NCBI GenBank assembly: GCA_964518635.1
Contig: CAZFGK010000001.1
Coordinates: forward strand, 71,085 to 135,084
Length of the DNA stretch: 64,000 bases
Direction of reading: 5' to 3'
Source: an uncultured Ignavibacteriales bacterium
Lineage (GTDB): Bacteria > Zixibacteria > MSB-5A5 > GN15 > FEB-12
Both the position numbers and the translations under genes were made by a program. Each line of letters starts with the position of its first letter. Position 1 is the stretch's first letter. A model generated the notes under the pieces. The model was given only the letters and a program-made list of their open reading frames with translations, searched no databases and had not been told where the DNA came from. Shown piece by piece: positions 62,844 to 64,000 of this stretch.

Positions 62844-64000
62844 CTACTTTCTTTTTACCACCTGTGAACTTACCAGGAACACTATCGCACTTGCAAGAAC
62901 GGAGATAACATATACTCCCTCCCACTCAAACAGATTTCCTGCAAGCAAGGTGGCGACACCGGTAAGCAATGAGAAAAGCGCCACCGTGCCATTCCCTCGG
63001 GTTGAATACAGCCCAAAGAGGCAAACGACAACAATGCCGGAGCTTCCGAAGCTGGAAGCGAGCTCAACCTGCCCATAGATACTCTCCGAACCAAGGGCCA
63101 GAACCCAGGCGACAATACCGGCTGCTGCAACGGAAAGACGCGCGCTGACTACCTTGCCCCGCTCGCTCAATTCCCTGCCGCGCAGGATCGGGAGAATATT
63201 GTGGGAGGCGAGTGATCCAGCGGCAAGAAGCGCGCTGTCGATGGTCGACATGATCGCTGATACCAGCGCGCCGGAAAAGAGAATCCCCAGCACGAGTCCG
63301 AGTTTGTTATGTGCCAATGTCACCAGAAATTGCTCCGGCTCGGCAAGAGACGGTAGCAATGACGGCCCTAACAGACCAAGAAAGAGCGGAATCGAACCGA
63401 CAAGGAAGTAGACTCCGGCACCGATGAATGTCGCTCGTCGGGAAATCTCCGCCGTGCGAGTTGCCAGCATTCGGGAAATCAGCTCCTGCGCGGTCAGTGA
63501 GCCGAGAATTGGAATCAGCCAGCTGTCAAATTGTGACAGGAATGATTCATCCGGTGAGATAAAGGTTGTACGATCCGGTGTGAATGCAGCAGTCCATCCC
63601 TCCGGAAGATTCAGAAGAACGACGACAAGCATCACAGCCAGTCCAACTATGAGTGATATCCCCTGCACAAAGTCGGTGATGACATCGGCAAGCAGACCAC
63701 CCAACACACTATAGACAATAATCACGATTGCTGCGATACTCATCGCCAGCTCCAGATTGATCGGCGATGATGCTGACACGATCTGCCCGAAGGCGCGAAT
63801 CTGGGCACTCGCCCAGATGATCGAAGTCGGAATCATGAGCAGCGAAGCAATCAGTTCGGTCTTCCTGCCATACCGTTGCCGAAAGAGATCCCCCATGGTC
63901 GTGAGCTTCCGATTCCAGAGCGGCATCGCCAGAAGTATTCCCGCAAGGATGAGACAGATCGTGTAGCCGAAGGGATCAGCGCGACTTCCGGAAAGCCCGT
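62844..64000 (-). CDS. Sodium:solute symporter family protein, 5' end outside the window
   Basis: The reading frame stays open upstream of the track Met at 63926 (...GYTICLILAGILLAMPLWNRK...) up to the window edge. It is polytopic, with SSF-like segments. Confidence 0.85.
   Translation of the reverse strand, partial: GLSGSRADPFGYTICLILAGILLAMPLWNRKLTTMGDLFRQRYGRKTELIASLLMIPTSIIWASAQIRAFGQIVSASSPINLELAMSIAAIVIIVYSVLGGLLADVITDFVQGISLIVGLAVMLVVVLLNLPEGWTAAFTPDRTTFISPDESFLSQFDSWLIPILGSLTAQELISRMLATRTAEISRRATFIGAGVYFLVGSIPLFLGLLGPSLLPSLAEPEQFLVTLAHNKLGLVLGILFSGALVSAIMSTIDSALLAAGSLASHNILPILRGRELSERGKVVSARLSVAAAGIVAWVLALGSESIYGQVELASSFGSSGIVVVCLFGLYSTRGNGTVALFSLLTGVATLLAGNLFEWEGVYVISVLASAIVFLVSSQVVKRK

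Overview
This 64-kb window is a chromosomal segment of a diderm, motile bacterium. My hand counts put GC at roughly 50-56% in core genes. I cannot assign the lineage from sequence alone. Coding density is high, and about 50 protein genes can be supported.

Core genes: mfd, gyrA, an initiator tRNA-fMet with a near-consensus promoter, a 1-Cys peroxiredoxin, and a methionine-salvage operon (mtnB-mtnD-mtnC plus an aminotransferase).

Motility and surface genes: an orphan motAB stator pair, one methyl-accepting chemotaxis protein, a pilV/pilW/pilX-like minor-pilin operon with a sigma-54-type promoter, and a fibre-like secreted protein with YadA-head-like repeats.

Envelope genes: a GT9 heptosyltransferase-like gene, hldD, a GT1 gene, two convergent GT-C membrane glycosyltransferase paralogues, a TonB-dependent receptor preceded by a His/Cys-rich DUF2946-like gene, a Bor-family lipoprotein, and several beta-propeller lipoproteins.

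Transport and signalling genes: a CPA2 antiporter, a MATE exporter, an ABC-2 exporter, a truncated sodium:solute symporter at the right edge, two paralogous Ser/Thr kinases with TPR tails, and an AraC regulator.

Not seen: rRNA, CRISPR array, transposase, integrase or recognisable defence genes.

Most worth a second look:
- A three-gene outer-membrane module at 59.1-61.6 kb. It comprises a beta-barrel, an 82-aa lipoprotein ending in GGGGCGCN (DUF4266-like), and a DUF3570-like barrel. Its function is unknown.
- At least three families of short interspersed palindromic or MITE-like repeats. They are concentrated at 18.4-18.7 kb and 49.9-51.7 kb, some double as terminators, and one is a 128-nt nested-stem element.
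- A low-GC trypsin-like protease gene directly behind gyrA.
- A Memo-AMMECR1 fusion that has lost the AMMECR1 hallmark motif and has no radical-SAM partner nearby.
- A small protein with a 2-TM pore-loop layout and a non-canonical selectivity filter.

All family assignments come from reading motifs in the supplied translations. No database search was run.
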